Positions 50,944 to 61,740 of a stretch of 64,000 bases of DNA are shown here, piece by piece. A model generated the notes under the pieces. It was not told the origin of the DNA. It was given only the letters and a program-made list of their open reading frames with translations, and ran no database searches. Source of the DNA: Nitrospinota bacterium. GTDB lineage: Bacteria > Nitrospinota_A > UBA7883. The position numbers and the translations under genes were made by a program. Numbering within the stretch: the stretch's first letter is position 1; the number at the start of each line of letters is the position of its first letter. The DNA lies in NCBI GenBank assembly GCA_965223725.1, contig CBDCXE010000006.1, forward strand, positions 610,012 through 674,011. The letters are read 5' to 3'.

Positions 50944-52852
50944 ACGGGAAAAGAAAGCCCGAAAACCAAAAAACAAGACCTATAAATTCAGGATCTACCT
51001 GCTCGCGTTCCTGTTTGCATTGGCGTTCGTGCTGGATGCGGCCAAGCTTGTGCAGTTGACACTGTTTTCCGACGCCAGGGTGTCCGAATTTTCAGAGAAG
51101 CAACGCTCGCGCTCTGTGAAGCTGCATTTGCCCAGAGGGATGATCTATGACCGCAACCAGAACGAGCTGGCGGTTTCCATCAAACTGCGCTCGGTTTACG
51201 TCAATCCAAAAAAAATCAGTGACCCCGATTCCACAGCGCAAAAACTAGCCCTCAGGATAGAGCCAGACAGCAGAAAGAACCGGAAAAAACTGTATAAAAA
51301 GCTAAAACGCAGTTTCAATAGATCCAGGGATAAATACTTTGTTTGGGTGGAAAGAAAAGTTTCGCCAGAAGTTTACGCGAAAATCAAAGCAGACAAGATA
51401 CCCGGCGTCGGGTTTGTGCGGGAGTCGAAACGTTTCTATCCAAAACGCAACATAGCGGCGAAGGTAATCGGGTTTGCAGGCATCGACAATCAGGGCCTGT
51501 CCGGCCTCGAATACCGATACGATAATGTGATCCGCCCGGTCAGCGCCCAGTCGGTGGTGCGCAAGGACGCATTGGGGCGACCGGTCAGTATGCCGGACGC
51601 GCTGAACATGTCGGACGCGGCCTCGCCCTACGACCTTCTGCTCACTATCGATGAGCGGATACAGTATATAGCGGAAAAAGCGCTGGAGCGACAGGTGCTC
51701 AAATCTGGCGCAAAAGGTGGAGTCGCCATCGTCATGGATCCGCACAACGGCGAAATTTTGACCATGGCCGAGCAGCCAACATACAACCCGAACCAATACA
51801 GCCAATACCGGTCTCTGCTACGAAAGTCCCATATAGTTTCCAACTCGGTGGAGCCAGGCTCCACTTTTAAGCTATTTGTCGCGGCCTCTGCGCTGGAGGA
51901 AAAAGTAGTAAAACCGGACGAGCTGATCGATTGCGAGCAGGGAAGATACAGGATCAGAAACAAAACATTCAAGGAAGCGCACAACATGCAATATGGCATG
52001 ATCACCCTTGCCGATGTGATCACCAAATCGAGCAACATCGGCGCCATCAAGCTGGCGGAGCGGTTGGGGCCGGACATGCTTCGCAACTATCTTGTATCTT
52101 TCGGTTTTGGATCGAAGACCAGCATAGACCTGCCTGCAGAAAGCAGCGGCGTATTGCGCCCTGTGTCGGATTGGTCGCTCTATTCCCTGCCTTCCATATC
52201 GTTCGGGCAAGAGGTCGCCGTCACGCCGATGCAACTGGCGGTCGGAATCAGCGTGTTCGCAAACGGAGGGAACCTTGTGCGCCCCAGCCTGGTGAAAGCA
52301 TTTATGCGCAACGGAAAAATCATCGAGCATGTGGAGCCGCAAATCGTACGTAATGTCATCTCGTCCAAGACCGCGAAGATGATAACAGAGATGATGACAA
52401 ACGTTGTGGAAAACGGCACCGGAAAAAAAGCAGCCATCAGCGGCTATTCGGTGGCAGGCAAAACAGGAACCGCGCAAAAAATCGACCCGGCCACCCGCCG
52501 CTATTCGGCAGATAAATATCTATCCTCCTTTGCGGGGTTTTTCCCGGCCGACAACCCGCGGCTGGTGATACTGGTGATGATAGACGAGCCGGAAGGAATA
52601 GCGTGGGGCGGCGCGGTGGCGGGGCCGGTGTTCGCCGAGATCGCCAGCAGATCAGCGCGGATACTGCGGATCCCGGGTGATGACACAAAAATATTCCAGA
52701 TCGATTGGGCCAAAATGGTGGAGCGAGAAGAAGCCGCCCAATCTTCGAATGAGGATGTCGCCGATGGGCAAGATCCTCAAAAGGAACGATTCAGCAACAG
52801 TGTGGCGACAAGGATAAAGTCGATGTTCGCCTACCTGAAACAAAATATTTGA
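50930..52852 (+). CDS. ftsI: peptidoglycan D,D-transpeptidase FtsI (PBP3)
   Basis: N-terminal TM helix. SXXK (GSTFKLF), SXN and KTGT (AGKTGTAQ) motifs. Confidence 0.9.
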   Translation: MRKNKREKKARKPKNKTYKFRIYLLAFLFALAFVLDAAKLVQLTLFSDARVSEFSEKQRSRSVKLHLPRGMIYDRNQNELAVSIKLRSVYVNPKKISDPDSTAQKLALRIEPDSRKNRKKLYKKLKRSFNRSRDKYFVWVERKVSPEVYAKIKADKIPGVGFVRESKRFYPKRNIAAKVIGFAGIDNQGLSGLEYRYDNVIRPVSAQSVVRKDALGRPVSMPDALNMSDAASPYDLLLTIDERIQYIAEKALERQVLKSGAKGGVAIVMDPHNGEILTMAEQPTYNPNQYSQYRSLLRKSHIVSNSVEPGSTFKLFVAASALEEKVVKPDELIDCEQGRYRIRNKTFKEAHNMQYGMITLADVITKSSNIGAIKLAERLGPDMLRNYLVSFGFGSKTSIDLPAESSGVLRPVSDWSLYSLPSISFGQEVAVTPMQLAVGISVFANGGNLVRPSLVKAFMRNGKIIEHVEPQIVRNVISSKTAKMITEMMTNVVENGTGKKAAISGYSVAGKTGTAQKIDPATRRYSADKYLSSFAGFFPADNPRLVILVMIDEPEGIAWGGAVAGPVFAEIASRSARILRIPGDDTKIFQIDWAKMVEREEAAQSSNEDVADGQDPQKERFSNSVATRIKSMFAYLKQNI

Positions 52853-54351
52853 TGAAACATTTTGATGAGATATTGCAAACTATGAACGCCCTATCCATTA
52901 AAGGCGCAAATCCAGGCAAGTTGCACGGCTTGTGCTACGATTCGCGCGAGGCAAAGCGCGGCTCCACATTTGTGGCCATCAAAGGCGACCAGGTGGACGG
53001 CCACGACTATATAGCCGAAGCGATCCGCAATGGCGCCACCACGCTGGTTGTGGAGCGACAGCCGAAGGTTTTACTGCCGAAAAGAGTTACCGTAATAAAA
53101 GTGCCGGACACCCGGATAGCTTTGTCCATGCTGGCCGATTATTACTACGACTCGCCTTCGACGATGCTGAAGGCCGTGGGGGTGACCGGAACAAACGGCA
53201 AAACCACAGTCGTGCATCTGCTCAACTCCGTTTTCTCTGCCGCGGGCGCCAAATGTGGGCAGATCGGCACCATTGAATATGACATCGCGGGCGAAATCGT
53301 CCCTGCCGTAAACACAACACCGCAGTCGCTCGACCTGCACCTCATGATGAACACGATGGTGAAAAAGAAAGCTGATTACTGCCTGATGGAAGTCTCGTCG
53401 CACGCGCTCGTCCAGTACAGGGTAGAGGATGTGGAGTTCCATTCGGCTCTGTTCACAAACCTGACGCAAGATCATCTGGACTATCACGAAGATATGGATG
53501 ACTATTTCCGCGCGAAGGCCAGACTTTTCGTGGAGCTCAACCCTGGTGTCTCGATCATTAATGCAGACGATCCATACTCTGCCAAGCTGATGTCGATGAT
53601 AGGTGGCGATGTGATCACTTATGGGCTGGAGCCTGACTGCGATATCAACGCGGATGATATAGCGATCGACGCGACCGGTATATCGATGACAGTCCATACA
53701 CCCGGCGGGTCGTTCCCCCTGCAATCGCCATTAATCGGCCAGCATAACGTGTATAACATATTGGCCACGGTTGGGCTGGCGCATGCGGAAGGTATCAGCC
53801 AGGAAGCCATCAGCAAAGGTATATCGCAGTTAAAAATTGTCCGGGGGCGGTTCCAGAAAATCGATGAAGGGCAGCCTTTCACCGTCGTTGTGGATTACGC
53901 CCATACCGCAGACGCGCTGGCCAATGCCCTGGGCGCGGCGCGGCCGCTTGCCAAAGGTAAGGTCATAACAGTGTTCGGTTGCGGTGGTGACAGAGACAGA
54001 ACCAAACGCCCGCTGATGGGCGCCACTGCATGGACCAGATCAGACGTCACGATTGTAACGTCAGATAACCCAAGGACGGAAAATCCGGAATCGATAATCA
54101 AGGATGTGCTGCAAGGTATACAAAGCGATGAAAACCCGGACGGCGTTTTGAAAGTGGAGCCAGACAGGCGAATTGCGATCCGGACTGCCATCGCCCTGGC
54201 CAAACCGGGCGATTTTGTGATGATCGCCGGCAAGGGGCACGAGGATTATCAGATCGTCGGCAAAACAAAAGAACATTTTGATGACAGGGAAGAAGCCGAA
54301 AAAGTCATCAAGGAAGTGTATGGCAAGGTTTTACCTGCAGGAAATAGCTAA
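52849..54351 (+). CDS. murE: UDP-N-acetylmuramoyl-L-alanyl-D-glutamate--2,6-diaminopimelate ligase
   Basis: GVTGTNGKTT P-loop. DNPRTE (meso-DAP specificity motif). Confidence 0.93.
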   Translation: MMKHFDEILQTMNALSIKGANPGKLHGLCYDSREAKRGSTFVAIKGDQVDGHDYIAEAIRNGATTLVVERQPKVLLPKRVTVIKVPDTRIALSMLADYYYDSPSTMLKAVGVTGTNGKTTVVHLLNSVFSAAGAKCGQIGTIEYDIAGEIVPAVNTTPQSLDLHLMMNTMVKKKADYCLMEVSSHALVQYRVEDVEFHSALFTNLTQDHLDYHEDMDDYFRAKARLFVELNPGVSIINADDPYSAKLMSMIGGDVITYGLEPDCDINADDIAIDATGISMTVHTPGGSFPLQSPLIGQHNVYNILATVGLAHAEGISQEAISKGISQLKIVRGRFQKIDEGQPFTVVVDYAHTADALANALGAARPLAKGKVITVFGCGGDRDRTKRPLMGATAWTRSDVTIVTSDNPRTENPESIIKDVLQGIQSDENPDGVLKVEPDRRIAIRTAIALAKPGDFVMIAGKGHEDYQIVGKTKEHFDDREEAEKVIKEVYGKVLPAGNS

Positions 54352-55705
54352 GGCAGTTAACGGCAACCTGATTCAGGGGAAAGAGGCTATGATTAACGGA
54401 GTATTGACCGACTCCAGGAACATAAAGCGAGGCTGCGCCTTCGTGGCGATAAAGGGCGACCGCTTCGACGGGCATTCCTATGTCGAGAGCGCATTCAAAC
54501 AAGGCGCCAGGGCGGCCATCGTATCGAAAAATATCAAACTCCCCGATTATCCTGACAAAGCAATAATCAAAGTAAAAGATGGTGTGCTCGCCCTGCAAGA
54601 GATCGCCGCTTATCACCGGAACCGGTTCAAGGCTCTGACATTGGTGGCGGTCACAGGCTCGAATGGTAAGACCACAGTCAAGGAGATGGTCACTTCTGTG
54701 CTGGCGCAAAAGTATAAAACCTTGAAGACCGAAGGTAACCTGAACAACCATATCGGTGTTCCATTGACCCTGCTGGGGCTGACCAAAGCGCACCAGGCGG
54801 CGGTGATAGAGATGGGGATGAACGCGCCGGGCGAAATTTCTGACCTGGCCCGAATCACCAGACCCGGAATCGGCGTTATTACAAACATCGGCCCCGCCCA
54901 TCTTGGTAAACTTGGCTCCATATCAGCGGTAAGGTCAGCCAAGGCGGAGCTGCTGGGAAAAATCGATCGCAATGGGATCGCTATCCTGAACATGGACGAC
55001 CCGAACAGCCTGCCATTGATAAAAAAGCATAAGGGGAAAACCATAACCTTCGGTAAGGACGGTTCGGCCGATATACAGCTGGTCGATTCCTGGGTCGACC
55101 AAAATGTCAGCTATCGCGCCGTTGTGTATAACAGAGGTAAAGAGACAGAGATCCATATACCCCTGACCGGCAAACATAATATACAAAACGCGCTAGCCGC
55201 TTTCGCCGTCGGGATAGCAGTTGGGGTCGAGCCTGCTGATATTGTCAAAGGTATAAAAAAAACAAAGGCAGCCAAAGGGCGTATGCGTGTTGAGCGACTG
55301 AAAAACGGCGTAACCTTGATAGACGACACATACAACGCCAACCCGGCATCCGTCAAAGCGGCCATCGAAACAGCGGCGGAAATGAAAAAGGACGGGCGGC
55401 TGTTTCTTGTTTTCGGCGATATGCTGGAGCTTGGTAAAACCGCCATTGGCGAGCATAAAAAAATTGCCAAGGTCGCCAACACCGCAGGTGTCGATTATCT
55501 CTACACAGTCGGCAAGCTGGCGGCACGCGCCGCAGAGACGGCCTCTGCGCTGGGCATACACTCTGTCGCCGGCAAATCGCACAACTCCATGGCCCGGCTG
55601 GTGTTCAACCGTATGAAAGCGAAAGATATCATCGTAGTGAAAGGCTCCCGGGGTTCTGCGATGGAGAAGTTTATAGCCCGATTAAAAGAGCTGATTGAAG
55701 GATAA
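54320..55705 (+). CDS. murF: UDP-N-acetylmuramoyl-tripeptide--D-alanyl-D-alanine ligase (ATG at 54320 preferred over the longer 54278 ORF)
   Basis: AVTGSNGKTTVKEM P-loop. Mur ligase domain order. Confidence 0.9.
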   Translation: MARFYLQEIAKAVNGNLIQGKEAMINGVLTDSRNIKRGCAFVAIKGDRFDGHSYVESAFKQGARAAIVSKNIKLPDYPDKAIIKVKDGVLALQEIAAYHRNRFKALTLVAVTGSNGKTTVKEMVTSVLAQKYKTLKTEGNLNNHIGVPLTLLGLTKAHQAAVIEMGMNAPGEISDLARITRPGIGVITNIGPAHLGKLGSISAVRSAKAELLGKIDRNGIAILNMDDPNSLPLIKKHKGKTITFGKDGSADIQLVDSWVDQNVSYRAVVYNRGKETEIHIPLTGKHNIQNALAAFAVGIAVGVEPADIVKGIKKTKAAKGRMRVERLKNGVTLIDDTYNANPASVKAAIETAAEMKKDGRLFLVFGDMLELGKTAIGEHKKIAKVANTAGVDYLYTVGKLAARAAETASALGIHSVAGKSHNSMARLVFNRMKAKDIIVVKGSRGSAMEKFIARLKELIEG

Positions 55706-55708
55706 GAT

Positions 55709-56791
55709 ATGCTGTACCATCTTCTGTTTCCGTTGCATGAGCAGTTCTCTGCGTTTAACGTTTTCCGTTACATCTCTTTTCGTTCGATCTACTCGATACT
55801 GACTGCTTTGGCGATTGCGCTTTTGATGGGGCCGGTGGTGATCAGGTGGCTCAAATCAAAAAAGATCGGCGAGAAGATCCGCAACGACGGCCCCCAGACC
55901 CACCTGGCAAAAGAGGGAACCCCCACCATGGGCGGGATGTTGATATTCATGGCTTTGGTCGCGCCCACCTTGTTGTGGGCCGACATACTGAACAGCTATG
56001 TATGGGTGTGTATCATAACTGTAACATCGTTCGCAGCTATCGGGTTTTATGATGATTTTATGAAGCTGGCAGGCAAAGGAAGCGGGATGTCCGGCAAGAC
56101 CAAACTTGCGCTTCAGTTTTCCGTGGCATTCATAGTTGTGCTGTTAATCTATTTGATGCAAGGTGGTGATCCATCGGTTACCAAGGTTCACATTCCGTTT
56201 CTTAAAGATGTCCAGCCAGACCTGGGTCTGCTATATATTCCGTTTGCCATGCTGGTTATTGTCGGCGCCGCCAACGCTGTCAACCTGACCGACGGGCTGG
56301 ATGGGCTGGCCATCGGCCCGATCATTATATCGTTCATGGCATATCTGGTGATCTGTTATATCGGCGGCAACGCAAATTTTGCGGCGTATCTGAACATACC
56401 TTTTATTGTGGAACTTTCGGAGGTGACCATATTCTGCGCTGCAATCATAGGCGCGTCGCTCGGGTTCCTCTGGTACAACTTTTATCCGGCCATGATTTTC
56501 ATGGGCAACGTTGGCTCCCTGGCCCTGGGCGGGGCGTTGGGCGCGGTGGCGGTGATGAGCAAGCAGGAGATAATCCTGGTGGTGATCGGGGGGATATTCG
56601 TGGCCGAAGCGTTATCAGTCATAATACAAGTGGCCTGGTTCAAGTTCACCGGCAAGCGAGTGTTCAAAATGGCGCCGTTGCATCATCATTTCGAGCAGCT
56701 GGGCTGGCCGGAGCCGCAGGTAATAATCAGATTCTGGGTGGTGGCCATTGTGCTTACCCTGCTGTCCCTCAGCACACTTAAACTCAGGTAA
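55709..56791 (+). CDS. mraY: phospho-N-acetylmuramoyl-pentapeptide-transferase
   Basis: GTPTMGG, NAVNLTDGLDGLA and HHHFE motifs. 10 TM helices. Confidence 0.95.
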   Translation: MLYHLLFPLHEQFSAFNVFRYISFRSIYSILTALAIALLMGPVVIRWLKSKKIGEKIRNDGPQTHLAKEGTPTMGGMLIFMALVAPTLLWADILNSYVWVCIITVTSFAAIGFYDDFMKLAGKGSGMSGKTKLALQFSVAFIVVLLIYLMQGGDPSVTKVHIPFLKDVQPDLGLLYIPFAMLVIVGAANAVNLTDGLDGLAIGPIIISFMAYLVICYIGGNANFAAYLNIPFIVELSEVTIFCAAIIGASLGFLWYNFYPAMIFMGNVGSLALGGALGAVAVMSKQEIILVVIGGIFVAEALSVIIQVAWFKFTGKRVFKMAPLHHHFEQLGWPEPQVIIRFWVVAIVLTLLSLSTLKLR

Positions 56792-56797
56792 TCAGAG

Positions 56798-58153
56798 ATG
56801 ATCGATTACTCAAACAAAAACGCGCTGATTATTGGGCTGGCCCGTTCCGGCCTCTCTGCGGCGAAACTGCTCGACCGGATGGGATCGAAGACCGTCATCA
56901 CCGATATCAAAAGTTATAGCGATCTAAAAACGTTGGCCGACCAACTGCCCGATTCTGTAGAGCAACGGCTTGGGTCGCATAACGGCTTAAACTATTCGGA
57001 AATTAATCTGGGCGTGATAAGCCCTGGCGTGCCGTGGGATTCACCGATAGCCGAGTCGGTTCGCAGCGCCAATATAGAGTTGATATCGGAAGTGGAGCTG
57101 GCGTTCTCCCTGCTGGAGGCGCCGGTAATCGCGGTCACCGGCTCCAACGGTAAATCAACAACCACTAGCATGATTGGCTCGATCCTGAAATCGGTGGGCA
57201 AAAAAGTTTATGTTGGAGGGAACATTGGCGCGCCTTTATGTGACGCCGTCGGGGGCGATTATGATTGGATAGTGGCGGAAATTTCCAGCTTCCAGTTGGA
57301 AGCGGTGAAAACGTTCCGGCCAAAGATTGCGATACTGCTTAATATCACGCCAGACCACCTGGATCGGCATAAAGATATGGAAACATATGCGTCACTGAAA
57401 GCAAGGCTGTTCGAAAACCAAAGCTCTGGTGATTGCGCGATCCTGAACGCCCAGGACGAAATTGTGATGAATATCGCACTGCCAGACGATATCAAAACCT
57501 GCTACTTCAGCCGCGATGAAATGCGTAAACCAGGGGCTTGGACAGAGCTGGACAAGGCGTATATCCAGACAGACACCACGATGGAAGAACTTTTCAATGT
57601 CGATGAGCTGAAAATCAAAGGCGCCCATAATATCGAAAATGCCCTTGCCGCCTCCCTTGTCGGGTATCTTGCTGGCGGGACCATCGATCAGATAAAAAGT
57701 GCGGTCACTAAATTTACCGGTTTGCATCACCGAATGGAGCTGGTGTCGGTGATCGACAATGTTTCATATTACAACGATTCGAAAGCCACAAATATCGACG
57801 CCGCTGTCAAATCGCTTTATGCGTTCAACAAAAACGTTGTTCTGATAGCGGGCGGCTCCGACAAGGGGGCAAATTTTAACTCCTTGGCCGACGCGATTGC
57901 CCGGAACGCGAAAGGGGTTGTGCTGATGGGCGAGACCGCGCCAAAGATTGAGCAGGCGCTCGGCTCGTTCGAAAATCAGGTGAAAGCTTCCACCATGGGT
58001 GAAGCTGTGGAATTGGCCACCCGTTGGACAAAACCGGGCGACGCTGTGTTGCTGGCGCCAGCCTGCGCCAGCTTTGATATGTATGACAGTTTTGAACAGA
58101 GGGGCCAAGCGTTTATAGACGCTGTGGTCGAGCTGGAAAAGGTGAAAAAATAA
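56798..58153 (+). CDS. murD: UDP-N-acetylmuramoylalanine--D-glutamate ligase
   Basis: N-terminal Rossmann GLARSG. VTGSNGKSTTTSMI P-loop. Confidence 0.93.
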   Translation: MIDYSNKNALIIGLARSGLSAAKLLDRMGSKTVITDIKSYSDLKTLADQLPDSVEQRLGSHNGLNYSEINLGVISPGVPWDSPIAESVRSANIELISEVELAFSLLEAPVIAVTGSNGKSTTTSMIGSILKSVGKKVYVGGNIGAPLCDAVGGDYDWIVAEISSFQLEAVKTFRPKIAILLNITPDHLDRHKDMETYASLKARLFENQSSGDCAILNAQDEIVMNIALPDDIKTCYFSRDEMRKPGAWTELDKAYIQTDTTMEELFNVDELKIKGAHNIENALAASLVGYLAGGTIDQIKSAVTKFTGLHHRMELVSVIDNVSYYNDSKATNIDAAVKSLYAFNKNVVLIAGGSDKGANFNSLADAIARNAKGVVLMGETAPKIEQALGSFENQVKASTMGEAVELATRWTKPGDAVLLAPACASFDMYDSFEQRGQAFIDAVVELEKVKK

Positions 58154-58154
58154 A

Positions 58155-59255
58155 ATGCCGATAAAGCGATCCCCCGATTATCTGATTGTGGCCAGCGCTG
58201 TTACCTTGCTGGTGATCGGGATAGTCATGATCTATTCAAGCTCTGCCGTGCTCGCTTCCGAAAGGTTTGGCAACCCATACTTTTACCTGAAAAAACAGAC
58301 CTTCGGCGCCACCATCGGTATCATCCTTATGATAGCCGCCATGCGGTTCGATTATCGACTGCTCAGAAAGTACTGCCTCTACTTTTACCTTGTGTCGGTA
58401 GCGCTGCTGATCATCGTTCTTGTTCCAGGCATCGGTCATGAAGTAAATGGCGCCCAGCGCTGGCTATCCATTGCCGGGTTTTCATTCCAGCCATCCGAGT
58501 TTGTAAAGCTTGCCATGCTGATATTTTTCGCCGGATATTTGGCCAAAAAGAAAGCGGAGGGGAAAATAGAGGATCTGCAGTTTGGCTTCGTCCCAAGTTT
58601 ACTTGCCCTATCGCTGGTCCTGGCGCTTATTCACTTGCAGCCAGATTTGGGGACAGCGGTTATCCTTGCCCTGATAATATTTCTGATGTTTTTCATATCC
58701 GGGATCAGGATCACCCACCTGATGGGAACAGCTCTGGTTATGCTTCCTCTGGTGGTGGTCTCGATATTTGCGGTCAATTACAGAAAAAGGAGGATCCTCT
58801 CGTTCCTCGACCCGTGGGAAGACGCTACAGATTCAGGTTATCAGATCATCCAGTCTTTCGTAGCGATGAATAATGGTGGCCTGTGGGGCGAGGGTCTGGG
58901 CGCCAGCCAGCAGAAGCTGTTTTTTCTGCCGGAGCCGCACACCGACTTCATATTTTCCATAATCACCGAAGAGCTGGGGTTTATAGGCGCCCTATTAGTG
59001 CTGGCGATTTTTGCATTGTTAATATGGCGCGGGTTCCAGGTGGGGATGAAAGTACCGGACAGCTTTGGAAGCTTGTTAGCCTTCGGGATCACTTTCGCCA
59101 TAGCGGCTCAGGCTGTGGTCAATATTGCGGTCACCGTTGGTCTGCTTCCTACGAAAGGATTGCCCCTGCCTTTTATAAGCCTGGGCGGCTCCGCGCTTGT
59201 CATGTGGATGACAAGTATAGGGATATTGACCAATATATCGGAACATGCGAAATGA
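58155..59255 (+). CDS. ftsW: peptidoglycan glycosyltransferase FtsW (SEDS family)
   Basis: 10-TM SEDS protein (QPSEFVKLA, PDLGTA, TDFIFS motifs) in dcw position between murD and murG. Confidence 0.9.
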   Translation: MPIKRSPDYLIVASAVTLLVIGIVMIYSSSAVLASERFGNPYFYLKKQTFGATIGIILMIAAMRFDYRLLRKYCLYFYLVSVALLIIVLVPGIGHEVNGAQRWLSIAGFSFQPSEFVKLAMLIFFAGYLAKKKAEGKIEDLQFGFVPSLLALSLVLALIHLQPDLGTAVILALIIFLMFFISGIRITHLMGTALVMLPLVVVSIFAVNYRKRRILSFLDPWEDATDSGYQIIQSFVAMNNGGLWGEGLGASQQKLFFLPEPHTDFIFSIITEELGFIGALLVLAIFALLIWRGFQVGMKVPDSFGSLLAFGITFAIAAQAVVNIAVTVGLLPTKGLPLPFISLGGSALVMWMTSIGILTNISEHAK

Positions 59256-60355
59256 GATGGGCGCTTAATAATATGCGATTGATAATAACAGGCGGCGGCA
59301 CTGGAGGACATATCTATCCGGGAATAGCAATCGCCAAAGAGTTGATGGGCCGCGGCGTCCATCACAAGGTTTTATGGATAGGCGCCAAACGTGGGCTTGA
59401 AACAAAACTTGTAACAAAAGAAAAGCTGGATTTTACGGCTCTGGAAGTCACTGGCTTGAAAGGGAAAGGGGCCATGGCCAAAGCGCAGTCCACCGTAAGG
59501 CTGGCCAAGGCTATTGCACAGTCCATTCGTATGATTATCAGATTCAAGCCTAGTGTGGTCCTTGGTGTGGGCGGATACGCTTCCGGGCCCGCGTCGGTGG
59601 CGGCGCTGTTGACCGGCCATCCGTTGGCGTTGGCGGAGCAAAACGCGGCCCCGGGGATGACCAACCGGAAGCTGGCGCGATATGCAAAGGCCCTGTTTTT
59701 AAGCTGGCCTGGGTCCGAGCGGTTTTTTAAGAAAAATATTCGATCTATACAGACCGGCAACCCTGTGAAACAAGAGTTTTTTAACGTGGAAGCAAATAAA
59801 AAAGATGAACGGCTCAATATTCTTGTTATCGGTGGCAGTCAAGGCGCAGGGTCAATAAACAGAGCCATGGTTGAAGCGGCGCCACTTTTGAACTCCATCG
59901 CAAACAAAATAATGGTCACACACCAGACCGGCGAATCGGATATAAAAAAAGTGCGATCATCCTATCAAAATGCCCGGTTCGAGTGGGTGGCGGAGCCTTA
60001 TCTGTACGATATGGCACAACAGATCGCTAATGCCGACTTGGTGATATCACGATCTGGCGCTGGCGCTATAGCGGAGATCTGTTCGGTTGGTCGAGCGGCG
60101 ATTTACGTGCCTTTTCCTTATGCGGCGGATGATCATCAAACAAAAAACGCGGAACCGGCAAGGAAGGCCAATGCCGCCATTGTTATAGCGGATAGCGAGC
60201 TGAATGGCGGTTGGATAGCTAATGAAATTATGAAATTCGAAGAATCGGGGGAGCGACTGATAGAAATGGGCAAACAAGCAAAAGGGATGGCGAAGCCGAG
60301 AGCGGCTGAGATGATTGTGGATGAATTGCTGGCATTGGCAGGGGAGGCTGTATGA
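59252..60355 (+). CDS. murG: undecaprenyldiphospho-muramoylpentapeptide beta-N-acetylglucosaminyltransferase (start ATG 59252 overlapping the ftsW stop; alternative 59273)
   Basis: MRLIITGGGTGGHIYPGIAIAKEL G-loop. C-terminal DDHQTKNA. The ORF-track 58883 start lies inside ftsW and is rejected. Confidence 0.9.
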   Translation: MRWALNNMRLIITGGGTGGHIYPGIAIAKELMGRGVHHKVLWIGAKRGLETKLVTKEKLDFTALEVTGLKGKGAMAKAQSTVRLAKAIAQSIRMIIRFKPSVVLGVGGYASGPASVAALLTGHPLALAEQNAAPGMTNRKLARYAKALFLSWPGSERFFKKNIRSIQTGNPVKQEFFNVEANKKDERLNILVIGGSQGAGSINRAMVEAAPLLNSIANKIMVTHQTGESDIKKVRSSYQNARFEWVAEPYLYDMAQQIANADLVISRSGAGAIAEICSVGRAAIYVPFPYAADDHQTKNAEPARKANAAIVIADSELNGGWIANEIMKFEESGERLIEMGKQAKGMAKPRAAEMIVDELLALAGEAV

Positions 60356-61740
60356 GGTTCCGGCGAACAAAACAACTCCATTTCGTAGGTATCGGCGGGG
60401 CAGGGATGAGCGGTATTGCGGAGATATTGCTGAACACAGGATATACGGTTTCCGGCTCCGACCTGGCCGACTCGGAAACCGTTCGTCATCTGCGGGAAGC
60501 TGGCGCCACAATAACAATTGGTCACAAGGCCAAAAATGTCGCCGATGCGGAGGTTGTCATCATTTCCTCTGCCATACGCCCAACAAACCCGGAAGTTGTC
60601 GAAGCCAAAAGCCGTTTTATACCGGTAATAAAAAGGGCGCAGATGTTGGCCGAGCTTATGCGGATGAAGTACGCTATTGCTGTCGCAGGCTCCCACGGCA
60701 AGACAACCGTAACCTCCATGACCGCAGTGATTTTATCGAAGGGAGACCTAGACCCGACCATAATAATTGGCGGCAGGGTAGACCGGTTCGGCTCCGGCGC
60801 CCGGCTGGGTAAAGGTGACTTCCTGGTGGCCGAAGCGGATGAGTCGGACGGATCGTTCCTCAACCTCTATTCAACCATCGCCATCGTGACGAACATCGAT
60901 GCTGAGCATATGGATTATTACGGCTCGTATGACAAGGTTAAGTCGGCGTTTGTACAGTTCATAAACAAGACACCATTCTATGGCGCTTCTATTTTGTGCC
61001 TTGACGATCCGGCGATACAGGAGATCATCCCAAAGGTAGAGAAGCGATTCTGGACCTATGGCATACGCTCTACCGCCGACGTTACCGCGCATGATATTAA
61101 ATATGACAAGTTTCATAGCTCTTTTAACGTGAAATTGCGTGGAGAGGATATAGGCAGACTGAATATCGGTATGCCGGGGATCCATAATGTATACAATGCG
61201 TTGGCCGCTATGACATGCGGATTCGAGCTGGATATGGACCCTGATGATGTTATATCATCGCTCGACAATTTTGGCGGTATCCAGCGCCGGGTAGAGCTAA
61301 AGGGAGAGCGCGACGGAGTAATGGTCATCGACGACTACGGCCACCATCCAAACGAAATTAAAGCCACGCTGAGAGGGATCAAGGAAGGTTTTAAGGATCG
61401 ACGCCTTGTTGTTGCGTTCCAGCCCCACAGATATTCCAGAACCAGGGATCATCTTGTTGAATTTGGTAAATCTTTCTACGATGCGGATGACCTGATAGTT
61501 TCAGAAATCTATGCCGCAGGCGAAGATCCGATCGAGGATATCAGCGGCAAGCAAATAGCTGACGTAGCCATGTCCCATGGACAAAAAGCTGTCACTTTCA
61601 TCAAAGATATTGAAGGAATAGTTGAGTATCTGATCAAAAATGCAAAAAAGGGGGACATTATCCTCACCCTTGGCGCGGGAAATATCCTGACGGCAGGAGA
61701 TATGTTTCTGGAAAAATATGGCAAGAATCCTGGTAAATGA
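60352..61740 (+). CDS. murC: UDP-N-acetylmuramate--L-alanine ligase
   Basis: HFVGIGGAGMSGIAEIL. AVAGSHGKTTVTSM. Confidence 0.93.
   Translation: MRFRRTKQLHFVGIGGAGMSGIAEILLNTGYTVSGSDLADSETVRHLREAGATITIGHKAKNVADAEVVIISSAIRPTNPEVVEAKSRFIPVIKRAQMLAELMRMKYAIAVAGSHGKTTVTSMTAVILSKGDLDPTIIIGGRVDRFGSGARLGKGDFLVAEADESDGSFLNLYSTIAIVTNIDAEHMDYYGSYDKVKSAFVQFINKTPFYGASILCLDDPAIQEIIPKVEKRFWTYGIRSTADVTAHDIKYDKFHSSFNVKLRGEDIGRLNIGMPGIHNVYNALAAMTCGFELDMDPDDVISSLDNFGGIQRRVELKGERDGVMVIDDYGHHPNEIKATLRGIKEGFKDRRLVVAFQPHRYSRTRDHLVEFGKSFYDADDLIVSEIYAAGEDPIEDISGKQIADVAMSHGQKAVTFIKDIEGIVEYLIKNAKKGDIILTLGAGNILTAGDMFLEKYGKNPGK

Noticed and set aside
54308-55582. Minus-strand ORFs of 123-197 aa inside murF
   Set aside because: They are antisense to a conserved Mur ligase and are spurious.
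58883-59251. N-terminal 123-aa extension of the murG ORF into ftsW
   Set aside because: The extension is out of the ftsW frame and has no similarity to MurG. The canonical MurG N-terminus MRLIITGGGTGGHIYPG starts at 59252/59273.
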